A stretch of 64,000 nt of DNA from Eledone cirrhosa (lineage: Eukaryota). Each line of letters starts with the position of its first letter. Position 1 is the first letter of the stretch. Below, piece after piece: positions 26,420 through 40,757 of the stretch. Below the pieces are notes generated by a model that made no database searches, was not told the DNA's origin, and was given only the letters and a program-made list of their open reading frames with translations. The stretch covers positions 102,238,001 to 102,302,000 of the forward strand of contig OZ024741.1 in assembly GCA_964016885.1 (NCBI GenBank), read 5' to 3'. Position numbers and translations under genes: made by a program.

Positions 26420-26660
26420 TGTCACAAGCTCAGGCTCATCAGGCCAGTGCTTATCCTTGGCGTAAAGCGACTGGAGTACAAGATTCCTCCCTGGACAGGA
26501 CATCAGTCCATTGCATGGTTAAAACCCCATCTATTGCTGGTACTTATTTACGTGAAATAAAGAATTTTGCTCAAGAACACAACACACCACCCAGTCCAGG
26601 AATCGAACTCACAACATTATGATCGTAAGTTCAACACCCTCACCACAAGGTCATGCGCCT
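26420..26660 (-). mobile_element. Second tRNA-derived SINE family
   Basis: Minus strand aggcgcatgaccttgtggtgaggg (A box), gagttcgattcc (B box), then gtgttgtgttcttgagcaa. Confidence 0.7.
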
Positions 26661-27194
26661 GGACGTCGGATTAAATGCTTCCATATTTGGTCCGGCTCTT
26701 TGAGAATTTCTCTGGCGAAACATATCTCTGGATTTGTACGTGTGTAATATAGTTATAGAGGTATTTATTTACGCTTTAATTTATATTTTTAATTATCGTG
26801 TCTATAGTCTGCCTTTCATAGGTTATAGATTCCATACACTGGTGGTTTTTTCCCTGTATTATTGATAACGCACTATATATCTCTCTCTGGTGTGTTACCT
26901 TCTCAACATATTATATTCTAAAGGGCTCAGGATCTCTTCCCCTTTGAGTACATTATTTACAGGGAATAACGACGGCCTATGCCTCCGTTAATTTATCGTG
27001 ATATTTCGCTCCTAACAACAGCCTTTCCTATCTGTTTGGTTGAGCACCCTTCTCTGAGTGGCTTTGGGCTGCCCTTTCTAGCAGTTCGTCTCTCAGAGGC
27101 CACTGGTTCACTGTCCTTAAACACGCTGTGACTTCTCTCTCCCACGTGTGGCTGGACAATCAATTGTAAAATTCTCTTAGTGTTGTCTGAGATG

Positions 27195-27294
27195 TATAGC
27201 CTTACACACGCTGATGAACCGAGACTAACATTTCTTTCAACAGTTTCTCTGGCGAAACATATCTCTGGATTTGTACGTGTGTAATATAGTTATA
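27195..27294 (+). ncRNA. Type I hammerhead ribozyme, copy 1
   Basis: Stem I ttacacacg/cgtgtgtaa plus tatagc/gttata extension; CTGATGA at 27211-27217; GAAA at 27254-27257; stem III Acatatc-tctg-gatttgT; GUA cleavage after 27275. Confidence 0.85.
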
Positions 27295-27731
27295 GAGGTA
27301 TTTATTTACGCTTTAATTTATATTTTTAATTATCGTGTCTATAGTCTGCCTTTCATAGGTTATAGATTCCATACACTGGTGGTTTTTTCCCTGTATTATT
27401 GATAACGCACTATATATCTCTCTCTGGTGTGTTACCTTCTCAACATATTATATTCTAAAGGGCTCAGGATCTCTTCCCCTTTGAGCACATTATTTACAGG
27501 GAATAACGACGGCCTATGCCTCCGTTAATTTATCGTGATATTTCGCTCCTAACAACAGCCTTTCCTATCTGTTTGGTTGAGCACCCTTCTCTGAGTGGCT
27601 TTGGGCTGCCCTTTCTAGCAGTTCGTCTCTCAGAGGCCACTGGTTCACTGCCCTTAAACACGCTGTGACTTCTCTCTCCCACGTGTGGCTGGACAGTCAA
27701 TTGTAAAATTCTCTTAGTGTTGTCTGAGATG

Positions 27732-27831
27732 TATAGCCTTACACACGCTGATGAACCGAGACTAACATTTCTTTCAACAGTTTCTCTGGCGAAACATATC
27801 TCTGGATTTGTACGTGTGTAATATAGTTATA
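27732..27831 (+). ncRNA. Type I hammerhead ribozyme, copy 2
   Basis: Identical to copy 1 at +537; predicted cut after 27812. Confidence 0.85.
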
Positions 27832-28268
27832 GAGGTATTTATTTACGCTTTAATTTATATTTTTAATTATCGTGTCTATAGTCTGCCTTTCATAGGTTAT
27901 AGATTCCATACACTGGTGGTTTTTTCCCTGTATTATTGATAACGCACTATATATCTCTCTCTGGTGTGTTACCTTCTCAACATATTATATTCTAAAGGGC
28001 TCAGGATCTCTTCCCCTTTGAGCACATTATTTACAGGGAATAACGACGGCCTATGCCTCCGTTAATTTATCGTGATATTTCGCTCCTAACAACAGCCTTA
28101 CCTATCTGTTTGGTTGAGCACCCTTCTCTGAGTGGCTTTGGGCTGCCCTTTCTAGCAGTTCGTCTCTCAGAGGCCACTGGTTCACTGCCCTTAAACACGC
28201 TGTGACTTCTCTCTCCCACGTGTGGCTGGACAGTCAATTGTAAAATTCTCTTAGTGTTGTCTGAGATG

Positions 28269-28368
28269 TATAGCCTTACACACGCTGATGAACCGAGACT
28301 AACATTTCTTTCAACAATTTCTCTGGCGAAACATATCTCTGGATTTGTACGTTTGTAATATAGTCATA
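28269..28368 (+). ncRNA. Type I hammerhead ribozyme, copy 3 (stem I mismatches)
   Basis: Core intact; 3' strand of stem I reads cgtttgtaa; predicted cut after 28349. Confidence 0.75.
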
Positions 28369-28518
28369 GAGGTATTTATTTACGCTTTAATTTATATTTT
28401 TAATTATCGTGTCTATAGTCTGCCTTTCATAGGTTATAGATTCCATACACTGGTGGTTTTTTCCCTGTATTATTGATAACGCACTATATATCTCTCTCTG
28501 GTGTGTTACCTTCTCAAC

Positions 28519-28627
<109 letters not shown>

Positions 28628-28638
28628 TAATATATACT

Positions 28639-29192
28639 CAAGGTTTAGCAAATAAGAAAAAGTTTCAAAATAAATTTCAAAAAATTCACTGTACTCACTA
28701 TGGTTACCTTTACCGAATCGGTTTCGAGTCTCAAAAATAAATGGACAGTCCTTGCAGCCTTCCATTGAAAAGATAAACTCTCGTGAGAAGGTTCTTTTCA
28801 CTCGGACAATATAAAATTCCCGAGTTCAAATTACGAACTGGCGCTATTCAAAATTGTTCCCGAGATGAGAATGAATGATGTGGAAGCAATTCTGTCCAGT
28901 GCCATGTGTAAAGATAGAAGCAGAGGCAGGGAGGTCAGTCTACTACCACTATAAGCAGCAGCAGTCAAAACGACTAAATTTTTTGCGACCAAGAGGAGAA
29001 TAATAATAATAAAGTATATATCCCTACACGCAAAAAGCGTCCAGGGACACATGTATTGCCCAACCATATGCCAATGTGGTTCAATGGCAGGTTAATAAAT
29101 TAACGAGCCAGAACATATATAATCAAGGTTTAGCAAATAAGAAAAAGTTTCAAAATAAATTTCAAAAAATTCACTGTACTCACTATGGTTAC
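28639..29192. repeat. ~69-bp direct repeats 485 bp apart
   Basis: caaggtttagcaaataagaaaaagtttc...ctatggttac at 28639 and 29124. Confidence 0.85.
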
Positions 29193-29725
29193 TTAAATAT
29201 AAGTATGCTACTTAAATATAACTATGTACGTGTACATACTTATATTTAAGTAACAGCCGTACTAAGAGTGGGAAATGAAATTTGGTTTCATTTTTTTCCG
29301 TTTATCGTTTTCGGTGCACCCGGCCGATTAACCCACTCGATCTGCAAATTGGGATACTCAGTCGTTAATATGCATAAGGTAAGTATATACTTACGTATAT
29401 ACTTAACTTATGCATATTAACGGCTGAGTAGCCGTTAATATGCATAAGGTAATTATATACGTTCAACAATCTGGCAGGAAGGTATACATTGCTGACGATA
29501 GCTTGAAACTAGTACAGCGTTCCTTTGTCAGTGTTGAACAAACGAGCAACGATGGTTGCTGGACACTACGGCTTAATACGGGATGTTTGTTTACAAACAC
29601 ACCGAGCATTATAATAAATGTTCGGTGAATCCATACGTACATATATATGTGTGTGCATGTATGTATATATATATATATGCATACTATTGTACGTCTGTAT
29701 ACATGTGTGTATGTACGTATACATA

Positions 29726-29730
<5 letters not shown>
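29190..29730 (+). mobile_element. Unit of the 420-440-bp minimal-hammerhead repeat family (stem II deleted)
   Basis: Homologous to 49689-50250; CTGACGA-tagctt-GAAACTAGTA at 29492-29514. Confidence 0.8.
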
Positions 29731-29806
<76 letters not shown>

Positions 29807-30044
29807 ATTGATGGAGACGAGGCTGTGTGGTTACTGATAACGAATGTTAGAAAGGAAGGCGACACAAACAAGAGAATTAACAGTTTTCCTTCGTCAGTTG
29901 TCTACTACAGGTCACATATGTTTCAGCACATTGAGTTCAATTCCCGCCTTTCCTCCTTACTGGGTCGATAAAATAAAGTACCAGTAATGCACTGAGATAA
30001 GTGCTGGCCATGTGCCAAAAGTAGGAACAATTATATATATATAT

Positions 30045-30346
30045 ATATACGATATTAATAAATGGAAACTATATTTATAAAACCATATTTATTTCATTAT
30101 ACATATTTCAGGGATACCACATTAAATTATGGTATGCCTTCTTCAGACAAAATACAATATATAACAGTTTTACCAATAGGTTTGACGTACCCTTTAAAAT
30201 ACGACCATTATTTTTGGAGGCTGTCTGGATATATTGTATTTTGTCTGATGAAGGCATACCATAATTTAATGTGGTATCCCTGAAATATGTATAATGAAAT
30301 AAATATGGTTTTATAAATATAGTTTCCATTTATTAATATCGTATAT
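30045..30346. repeat. Inverted repeat (~117-bp arms, ~67-bp spacer), each arm carrying a minimal hammerhead
   Basis: Plus arm has CTGATGA at 30245-30251 and GAAA at 30282; minus arm has CTGAAGA at 30146-30140. The same ORF start on both strands confirms the palindrome. Confidence 0.9.
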
Positions 30347-30429
30347 CTACTCCAAAAATTTGTCGAGTGCTTTATGTCAGTTATAAAAATATTTACTTGT
30401 TGTATCCCAACAATTTTAAATAGAACTTT

Positions 30430-30494
<65 letters not shown>

Positions 30495-30498
<4 letters not shown>

Positions 30499-31670
30499 GG
30501 AATAGAATGAAACGAAATTTCATTTCTCACTCTTAGTACGGCACTTACTTAAATGTAAGTATGTATGTATACGTACATACATATATGTATACAGACGTAC
30601 AGTAGCATGTATATATATACATACAGGCATACATATATATATATATGCACGTATCAGTTTACCGAACATTTATTATAATGCTCCGTTTGTTCGTTTGTAA
30701 ACAAACAAACAGCCTGAATTACGCCGTACAGTGTTTAGGCAACCACGTCACCTTTTTGTTCAACACTGACACAGGAACGATGTACTAGTTTCAAGCTTAT
30801 TAGCTATCGTCAGCACCGTATACCTTTCTGCCAGATGGTTGAACGTCCGAAAGTATATACTTTCCTTATGAAAATTAACAGCTGAGCAGCCTAATTTGCA
30901 TATCGAGTGAGTTCAGTCGGCCAGGCGCACCGAAAACGATAAATGGAATAGAATGAAACGAAATTTCATTTCTCACTCTTAGTACGGCACTTACTTAAAT
31001 GTAAGTATGTATGTACACGTACATACATATATGTATACATACGTACAGTAGCATGTATATATATACATACAGGCACACATATATATATGCACGTATCAGT
31101 TTACCGAACATTTATTATAATGCTCGGTTTGTTCGTTTGTAAACAAACAAACAGCCTGAATTACGCCGTACAGTGTTTAGGCAACCACGTCACCATCTTG
31201 TTCAACACTGACACAGGAACGTTGTACTAGTTTCAAGCTTATTAGCTATCGTCAGCACCGTATACCTTTCTGCCAGATGGTTGAACGTCCGAAAGTATAT
31301 ACTTTCCTTATGAAAACTCGATATGCAAATTAGGCTGCTCAGCCGTTAATTTTCATAAGGAAAGTATATACTTTCGGACGTTCAACCATCTGGCAGAAAG
31401 GTATACGGTGCTGACGATAGCTAATAAGCTTGAAACTAGTACATCGTTCCTGTGTCAGTGTTGAACAAAAAGGTGACGTGGTTGCCTAAACACTGTACGG
31501 CGTAATTCAGGCTGTTTGTTTGTTTACAAACGAACAAACCGAGCATTATAATAAATGTTCGGTAAACTGATACGTGCATATATATATGTGTGGCTGTATG
31601 TATATATATACATGCTACTGTAGTACGTCTGTATACATATATGTATGTACGTATACATACATACTTATAT
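30495..31670. mobile_element. Minimal-hammerhead repeat family: two tandem minus units (period 442) plus one inverted plus unit
   Basis: Hammerheads at 30777-30819 (-), 31219-31261 (-) and 31405-31447 (+); inversion junction at ~31316. Confidence 0.85.
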
Positions 31671-31703
31671 ATATATATATATATATCATTTGGCACAAGG
31701 CCC

Positions 31704-31792
<89 letters not shown>

Positions 31793-31806
31793 GACACAAG
31801 GCCAGC

Positions 31807-31840
<34 letters not shown>

Positions 31841-32689
31841 TTATATATATATATATAGTAATAATAATAATAAATGTGAAGACTAAAATCCAAAGAGGGC
31901 TCGATAACGATAAATATATATCAAATAGATAAGAACCCTAAAGCAAATATTTATTAAAATAACAGATTAAAGCTTAAGCAAAGAATCGATGCTTTCACCC
32001 TTAACAGCATCTTCTGAAACTAAAAAAATGAATCTGCGAACGGAGAAGTAAATATTTCGAAAAAGGTTGCAACCGAAGGAAAACAGGAAGACGATACTTT
32101 TGTTCGTGAAGACATTCCCTCGCAATGAACGGGAAAAAGCGAAGATACATGTACATACACGTGCATACGCATCCATATATGTACATACACGTGCATACGC
32201 GAAAACATGCTTGCACGTACACATAAACACGCGCATGCATACATAAACCGGCACGACACATGTACCCGCACACATACGAACGTACACACCAAATACACAT
32301 AAAAAAGATATATATATGTGTGTGTGTGTGTGTATACATATAATTATATAAACGTATATAAACATACACACACAAATACGTATATAGCGCATGCACACAC
32401 ATATACCTACAGGTAAATACACATATGTTCACCAAACTACGTCAACCAAAACACAAAGTACACATATACACACCTTACATGCGTGCAAACACGCATACAC
32501 GCATGCGCACACAAACACATAATACACATATACACGTAACCATAAACACATTTACCAGTATATATAATATAATATATACACCTATAACAAATACAAGCAT
32601 ATATACGTACGAAAAAGTATACGAACCTTCACAAAACATACGGATAAGATATGCTTACCTATACAAATAAGTAATGGTATGATCATAAA

Positions 32690-34415
32690 ATATACTTAGC
32701 TACCACATCAAGACGTAAATTATCCACGTATTGTTCGTACTATCTGTTAGGGTATAATGTGGGGCTGTAATACAGGAAAGTTCTATGCAATTTGTGTTTA
32801 CAAGCCGAAATTGCTTCAGACTTTTTGTTTATGATGTGGTCATTGGCGTTGAGTATTTCCAGAGCTTCAGCGGCGCAAACGTCGCATGGTCTTTTATTAC
32901 CGTTATACGATCTAGCCGTAGCTAGGATCTCCCATTGTAACCTATATTGTGTGTGGTTGTCTTTTAGACTCCAGATATAAGCTGAAAGTGACGTCATATT
33001 CCTTTTAAAGGGTTAAGAAAAGAATGGGTGTGCATGTAAAGACGCTGCTTGAATCTATTGGCGGTTAACCCTATTTAGGCCCTACTAGACGTGGGTGTTT
33101 CGACCTTACATTTGTAGACAAGGTTACTGGAGAGGCATTTCCCGGATAGAGGGCAGTCAACCCGATTCCTACAATTACAGTTAGTACTAGCTACAGGGTT
33201 GCACGTGTTCCTACGGCTAGGTAATTTAGCTAAATTTGAAGCAGTGATGTTATGTGCAAGGTTAGGAATCGTAGAATAGGATATTTTAATGGTATTTCTA
33301 TTAAAAATGTTATTATATTTATGTGCTGAGGGGAAATGCTTCTTAATAAGGGAGAGAAAGATCTTAGTTAATGGTATGGCCACTTCCATATTATATGGTG
33401 AGTTATACCATGTAATGCGTCGGGATCTATTTTTCCTTGGTCTATACTCATATTTAGTATATGCTACCTTATCGACAAATCCACTCCGAGCAAGAGCTTC
33501 ATTGTAATATGTGGAATGGTCGGTGAACATATGCACGTTTGTAGATAGGCTGCAAAGCCTCAAAGAAACGTTTCTTAGCAGGTTCTTGGTTATGCTGGCA
33601 GGATGGTTAGAATGCTTACTTATGTAATTAAGCGTATCATTCGGCTTTCTATACGGGTAGTGCAAGCCATTCGGCAAATTGAGGGTAACGTCGAGGTAAT
33701 TAACGACCGAGAGGTTGGGCCTTAACCTGTATGGAGAGGTTGACGCCTTTACAGAAGGCTGTAAGTCCTTTTCTGAACCTGTCGCAAACGCGTGGACCGC
33801 ACTTTGTCATGGTCAAAAGACCGTCATCGCCCACATTGGGGAATTCTTTCTTGATAGAGAAAAGAAGATCTGTAACCTCCGCCGAATCGCTGGCGCCCAT
33901 ACTCACGTCAAATGGGGGTACAATTCGATTTTTTTATCCAAATAGAGTCGTCGAAATTAATCACTGACTTACGGGCAGTGAGGATGACATCAACTTCTAA
34001 ATCCTTAACCACCGTGAGTGTTTTAGCGAAATTTATACCTCTAAGAAGAAGAGGTAAAGTGATGGAGGAGCAGTAGTTATTGATGTCGAATTGGATAAAA
34101 CGGCAATGTCCCTTGTTGCATATGCCATTGAACCAATCAATCACCGCGAAAGAATTATTCCACAGTGCAAGAGGGGCCAAGCTTCTAATTTTAGCTATAA
34201 TTCTATCTAAAATCCTTTTGCCAAGTGTACCTAAATCAGACTGCGTAGGATTAATTAGCCGAATTATAGGGGTTGTTGGCGAAATTGGGTTTGTGATCCT
34301 TCAGGGTAAAGTGGGGAGAAACAGGGTCTAGAGGTTCAGTCCGGTCCTGGATGTTGAGTTCAGAAGTGATTTTAATTCCAGCGTCGTTGATGTCATTAAA
34401 GACACTCCGATTGGT
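32690..34415 (-). mobile_element. Degenerate Penelope-like element (RT + GIY-YIG endonuclease)
   Basis: FDINNYCSSIT, MGASDSAEVTDL, GDDGL, YRKPNDTLNYISKHSNHP, CPLSGKCLSSNLVYKC and TSLSAYIWSLK in consecutive broken frames. Confidence 0.85.
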
Positions 34416-34419
34416 TTTA

Positions 34420-34514
<95 letters not shown>

Positions 34515-35205
34515 AAGAGGATCCTATTTAAATATAATGAACTAACATATAATTTTAATAAACATATAACAAATATTCAAGCGCACATGTTTAACTTCTA
34601 TATAAACTATAGATAATGAATTGTCTCGAATAAATAAATACATATATAAACTTAATTCTCTTGCTTTTGAGTTGAAAATGAATATAAATATGATTTCCAA
34701 TAATTGTGTAAACAATGTTGCTCTCTAGTTTGGTAGAGGAAACAATTTCCGGTACCGTACAAGGAGGTGAAACTTTGTTGACAAAACTTATTAACTGTCA
34801 TAGTAGCTGCGGTAAAAACCGATCTATAATGTCTTCTTTCAATGCAAACCGGTCGGACAAAATCAAATATATCCCATCAAAAACATTCATACACACACAA
34901 CACACACATAAACACAACCTACACAAGCACACTTATTTATCTATCGATCGATTATATACACGCACACGCGCGCACACACACACATATATATACATATACA
35001 TACATATATAAATACATATAGGTATATACTTACATACGTCCATACATAACCTTTGACAATGTATCAATCGATTAAATTTGTGACATGACTAATGAAATAA
35101 ATAGATCTTCCCTGAGTAATCAGACATAGCAACATATGTTAATTCCTATATGTGTATACACTCATGCACAGTCACACACATACATACATACACGCACAGA
35201 CACAC

Positions 35206-35264
<59 letters not shown>

Positions 35265-35547
35265 ATATATAATACATATATGTGCCCATATAAATATATG
35301 TGCCCATATATACACGTATATATGTTCAAATTGTTTGTGCGTATATACATATAAATATATAAATATATATATATATATATTTATATATACATATATATAT
35401 ACACACATACACATACATATATATATACACACACACATCTATATATATATATATATGCATACATACATATATAAACGTATATTATATGTATATATGTATA
35501 TAATATATATATATATATATATTATATACATATATACATATAATAGA

Positions 35548-35634
<87 letters not shown>

Positions 35635-36230
35635 CCATATATGCAGGATGTCGAAAGCCTAATTATGATGGGCAGCCGATTAAGCATTTTCATGTGTTGT
35701 ATATATATATCTTTCTTGATATATTCCTTAGTAAATACTTACTGAATATTTATTGAGTCACTCAGCCCAAAGCTGAAACACATATTTCATGCGTAACATG
35801 TTAATGTAAGTGATAGCATGGTCTGGCCGCTTGACATGCTAGAAATAGCAGCTGCATTCTCTTAAACGTGATCCTACTGTTAATATCAAAATGTACGCTA
35901 CATTATAAAATGTAGCGTACATTTTAATATATACGTACAAGTAATTAACCACCGACAACGCTAATAATATGCAAATTAGCATGTCCCTTTTAGGATATTG
36001 CCATAAATGTTAGGGTATTTAAACAAGTGAGTTACTTATTCCATAGGGGATGTTTATACGATATAGAACCCAGCTAGGGTTAGAAAATCAATTAAAAATA
36101 TTCTTATTTTTTTCAACTTATAGGGAAATACGTATATACATAAATACATCTATATACATATATGAGTCATTACACATTCATGCAGTCAATTTTACATCTA
36201 TAATGTATATATATACAGATGTAAGTTTAT

Positions 36231-36336
36231 AATTGTTTCTACTTTTGGCACAAGGCCAGCAAATACCCAGTACATTACTGGTACTTTATTTTTAGCGACT
36301 CCGTAAGGATGAAAGGTAAAGTAACCTCGGCGGGAT
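36231..36336 (-). mobile_element. 5'-truncated Deu/Nin SINE
   Basis: Reverse-complement match to the family 3' half. Confidence 0.8.
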
Positions 36337-36589
36337 ATAAATTTATAATGCATTAATGTGTAAATTTATATATACATTTACGCAGTCTCGGGTAATTCTA
36401 TACTGTATATATGCAGATATAAATTTATAATATTTTGTAGCTTAGCTACAAAAAAAAAAATGATTTACTTAAACATATATACATACACATGTTTTCTCTG
36501 TGTGTGTGTGTGTGGTGTGTGTGTGTGTGTATGTATATATATGTTTATATAGTGACGAAACATAAGTCAATTGCATGAACCTTTATTTA

Positions 36590-36643
36590 CTGCTATATAT
36601 ATTTCGATGATAGCCATTGAATGGCTATGACCTCATCAGGCAG
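36590..36643 (-). ncRNA. Minimal hammerhead ribozyme (PLE type)
   Basis: ctgc-CTGATGA-ggtcatagccat/atggctatcatc-GAAA-tatata-TA-gcag, with palindromic stem III. Confidence 0.75.
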
Positions 36644-36888
36644 TTAGTCAGTTCTTAGATATGCCAGGTCTGTGTTTATAGTGTTGATGGTATCAGAGCT
36701 TTGGGACATATGTATATATATATATAAGTATATATATATATATATATATATATACATACATATGTACATTATACACACACACACACATATATATATATAC
36801 ACATATATATATGTGTGCGTATGTGTGTGTATAATGTACATGTGTATGTATATATATATAAACATATATATATATATACATACATACA

Positions 36889-36945
<57 letters not shown>

Positions 36946-37365
36946 ACACACACACACATACACACACATACACACATATATATATAGAGAGAGCTTAAAA
37001 AATAAAGGAAACACACGTAGAGATAGACAATTCCCCTCATCAGTTGTCTGCTGCGGGTCTCAGATGTTTCGGCACATTAAAGACCATACATCTCACCGCA
37101 GTCCGATAATAACTTAGAAAGTTAGGGAGAGAAAAGACGAGAAAGAGACGATAGCGAAGAGAAACAAAAAAATCAGTAGAGATAAAAAGAAGAGAAGAAA
37201 AACATATCGATAGAGAGGGGAAACACAGGACAGTGGCACATATATGTAGATTAAACAAGGGAAGTGAGGGCGGAGTTTAAAAAGGCAGCTGGGTTTAAGC
37301 CCAGAGACCTTATTAACAGTGAGAGCGCGAAGAAAAATACGTCTGATCTCTGCGAGAACGAGCGT

Positions 37366-37445
<80 letters not shown>

Positions 37446-37682
37446 AGGAAATGGAATTAGTGAGGGAGCAGAGGGAGAGGGAGAGAAAGAAATGGAGAGA
37501 AAGAAAGTAGGAGGGAAAAGAGTTAATCCAAAAAAGAAAAAAAAATGGTAGGACGTAAGTCTAGCCGGAATAACAACAAGCGAGATAGAGAGAAGAGAAT
37601 AGAACGTAGTTTACAGCAATAAATAAATATGAACTGAAAGGGACAAGGTGCTACACACGCACAAACATAAACACACACACTG

Positions 37683-37808
<126 letters not shown>

Positions 37809-37984
37809 TCACACAGATATATACCTCTAGTTCCTCGATCTTGTCTTTCTGTAACAGAAATTGTAAAAAAAAAGAAATAAATCGCTGTTACATGAGATAC
37901 GTAAATGAAAATATATTAACACATATTAAGGTGTGAATAATAACGAAACTAGGTTGTCTTGTTTCTGCATCGTCCCTTTCTACA

Positions 37985-38830
37985 TCTTATCCTATAGACT
38001 ACATTTCTAGTATTACAGTTTATCCGTGGGCTTATCTTACAGACTATACAGTTTCTATCAGTTTTTTCTAAAGGGATATGTCCTACTGATCCGAGATTTT
38101 ATGGTAGCTCCTACTTTTTCTACTACTTTAATCCTGAGGTTCATTCTTTTCTAAAGCTTTTCTAAAACGCTATGTTAGTTTGGGTCTAGATGTAGCATCG
38201 ACGAGCATGACACTGGTACTTTTGGCTGTCAGACCATGAGTTGGCCTTCCCTATCTTTTTCTGAGTTCTTTCTATGCTATTCCATGATTTGCTCTTGTAT
38301 AGTGGGAAATCCCATTCATATCATTCTATATAATGGTTTTGAATTTAGCCCTGGTTCCTTTGTACACCCTGATGCTGTCTCCTTGGTTATAACCAGAGAA
38401 TTGTATGCGGTGGATAAAGTGCTATATGTGTCTCATTAATTCTGTTGGATCACACATGCGGGACACATGTCTAATCACCCTTACCAGGTCCGCTATCATG
38501 ATATTGAACTTAGCAACATTTCAGATAGCTCAGTTCCGATGGATCAAGTACTTGGGGGCCATGGGTTTGGTACAATGTGAATGGAAAATTTGAGCTTTAT
38601 CATCCCTAGTTTCCATCCAGTGTTCTGTGTCTAACACGGGTAATTAGTGAGTGTTTTATTGTTATCTTAATGCTCTAATAGATAGAGTTAACTACTTGCC
38701 GGATGCTCTCCAGGGTGCTAGCTTCTAGTTCTGATGTGTGGGTACTCTCTTTATTGATTATACATAGTTACGATCGTTTCACAGATGGGTGGATCAGTGT
38801 CTATATAAAATCTATAGTACCTACTCCAGC
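37985..38830 (-). mobile_element. Degenerate Penelope-like fragment
   Basis: Colinear with 54300-55050 (e.g. cacatgcgggacac, gcggtggataaagtg). Confidence 0.7.
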
Positions 38831-38875
38831 CCGATTTGCTCATCAGATCTTTTTAATCAAACAAAACCAACATCT

Positions 38876-38959
<84 letters not shown>

Positions 38960-38968
<9 letters not shown>

Positions 38969-39463
38969 AAGTTGTAGTTCCTGTCTGTTTGTTTGTTACC
39001 GAACTCCTCCTATAGTTTGGGAGATAGACCCCTATAACTATATATTCTCAAACTACATTGCCCAGGGTACTTGGATAAGTATATTTCATTTTAATCAAAG
39101 GGTTCCCCAGAGGCATATAAACCCCTGCTGAAAATGTTTTCCCTTCGATTTATATGAAATTTAAACCATAGGTAAATGACAACATATGATGCCTATTCAC
39201 AAAAGTTTTGAATTTATATTTTGAAAAAAAATGATTTACAAGTAACAAAATAAGAATAAGATTTAATAATGTAATTTTGATTTGATATATTACAAAAAAT
39301 AATGTTTTCCAATTTTTTATGCATTATATTTTACATTGAGTAATATTGAAATGCAGAATTTTTCTCCATAAATTATATCACTGATTTAAAATCAATCATC
39401 ATTTTATTGCAAAAAAAAAAAAAAAAATGTGTGAAACGCAGCAAGGCGCGGGTAATTCGGCTA

Positions 39464-39464
<1 letters not shown>
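38960..39464 (+). mobile_element. Putative non-autonomous Helitron
   Basis: 5' tatatataaag..gtctgtttgtttg; 3' GC-rich gcaaggcgcggg followed by terminal CTAG|T. Confidence 0.6.
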
Positions 39465-39533
<69 letters not shown>

Positions 39534-39547
39534 TATATATATGTATA

Positions 39548-39625
<78 letters not shown>

Positions 39626-39672
39626 TATATATATGTATATACTATATATATATATATGTATATATATATATA

Positions 39673-39765
<93 letters not shown>

Positions 39766-40544
39766 TGTGTGTGTGTATGTATGTGCGTGTATATGTGTGT
39801 GCATGTGTGTGTTTGTGTGTATGTGTGCGTGCATGTGTATATAATATCCAACGATTTTTCTGTTAATTTCATAAATTAACTCTACTGATGATCGAACAAC
39901 TAGAACATTCATCGTCAATATAGATGGAGGTCTATACCATTTCTTTCTAATATCTTCTTATTGTCGATTTCGTTTAAAAACTGAGTGGATCATGTACATT
40001 TAACTCTTTTTCTCAATAACCAAAAATATATTATCATAAAAAATAAACACGCTTTTTTCAGATTTTCTCTACTCAATCACTCATATCCGATCATTTAAGC
40101 AATGGAAATCAGGTTAAATCTATTTCAAACGTTATTTACATCACGTATACTTATGTGAAAAGCTGTGAACATCACGCAATCTCATATTTATAATCTAAAA
40201 ATATGTCACCTTCTGGCCAACAATATAAATGTATATAAATTGGCTTTGATAAATATTCGATGTGATGAAACGTTTCGTGCTTTATTACGACCTTTTAGTG
40301 CTATTCTCCTCTCTCTCTTTCTCAATATCAAAATTCAGCACATATCTGTTGAGCTATTTACTTCCTGTGAATATAAATTCGAAATATTTCATCTAATCCG
40401 GCGCCATATTCACACGTTTATTGATAATCAATACCACCTATCTATTTAGTTATTAAAATTATTGCTGTTGTATGTTACGTGTAAAACGTCGGCCATGATG
40501 GGAAGGCGATGGAAGAGTTATGTGTATGACATTCAGAGACAAAG

Positions 40545-40624
<80 letters not shown>

Positions 40625-40677
40625 AAAGATAGTTAGAGAGTGGTGACTATAGTAACGGACGATAATGTTATTTGTGA

Positions 40678-40753
<76 letters not shown>

Positions 40754-40757
<4 letters not shown>

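Noticed and set aside
34715-34880. Minus-strand DFVRPVCI, reminiscent of serine proteases
   Set aside because: No other protease motifs or convincing splice sites; probably chance.
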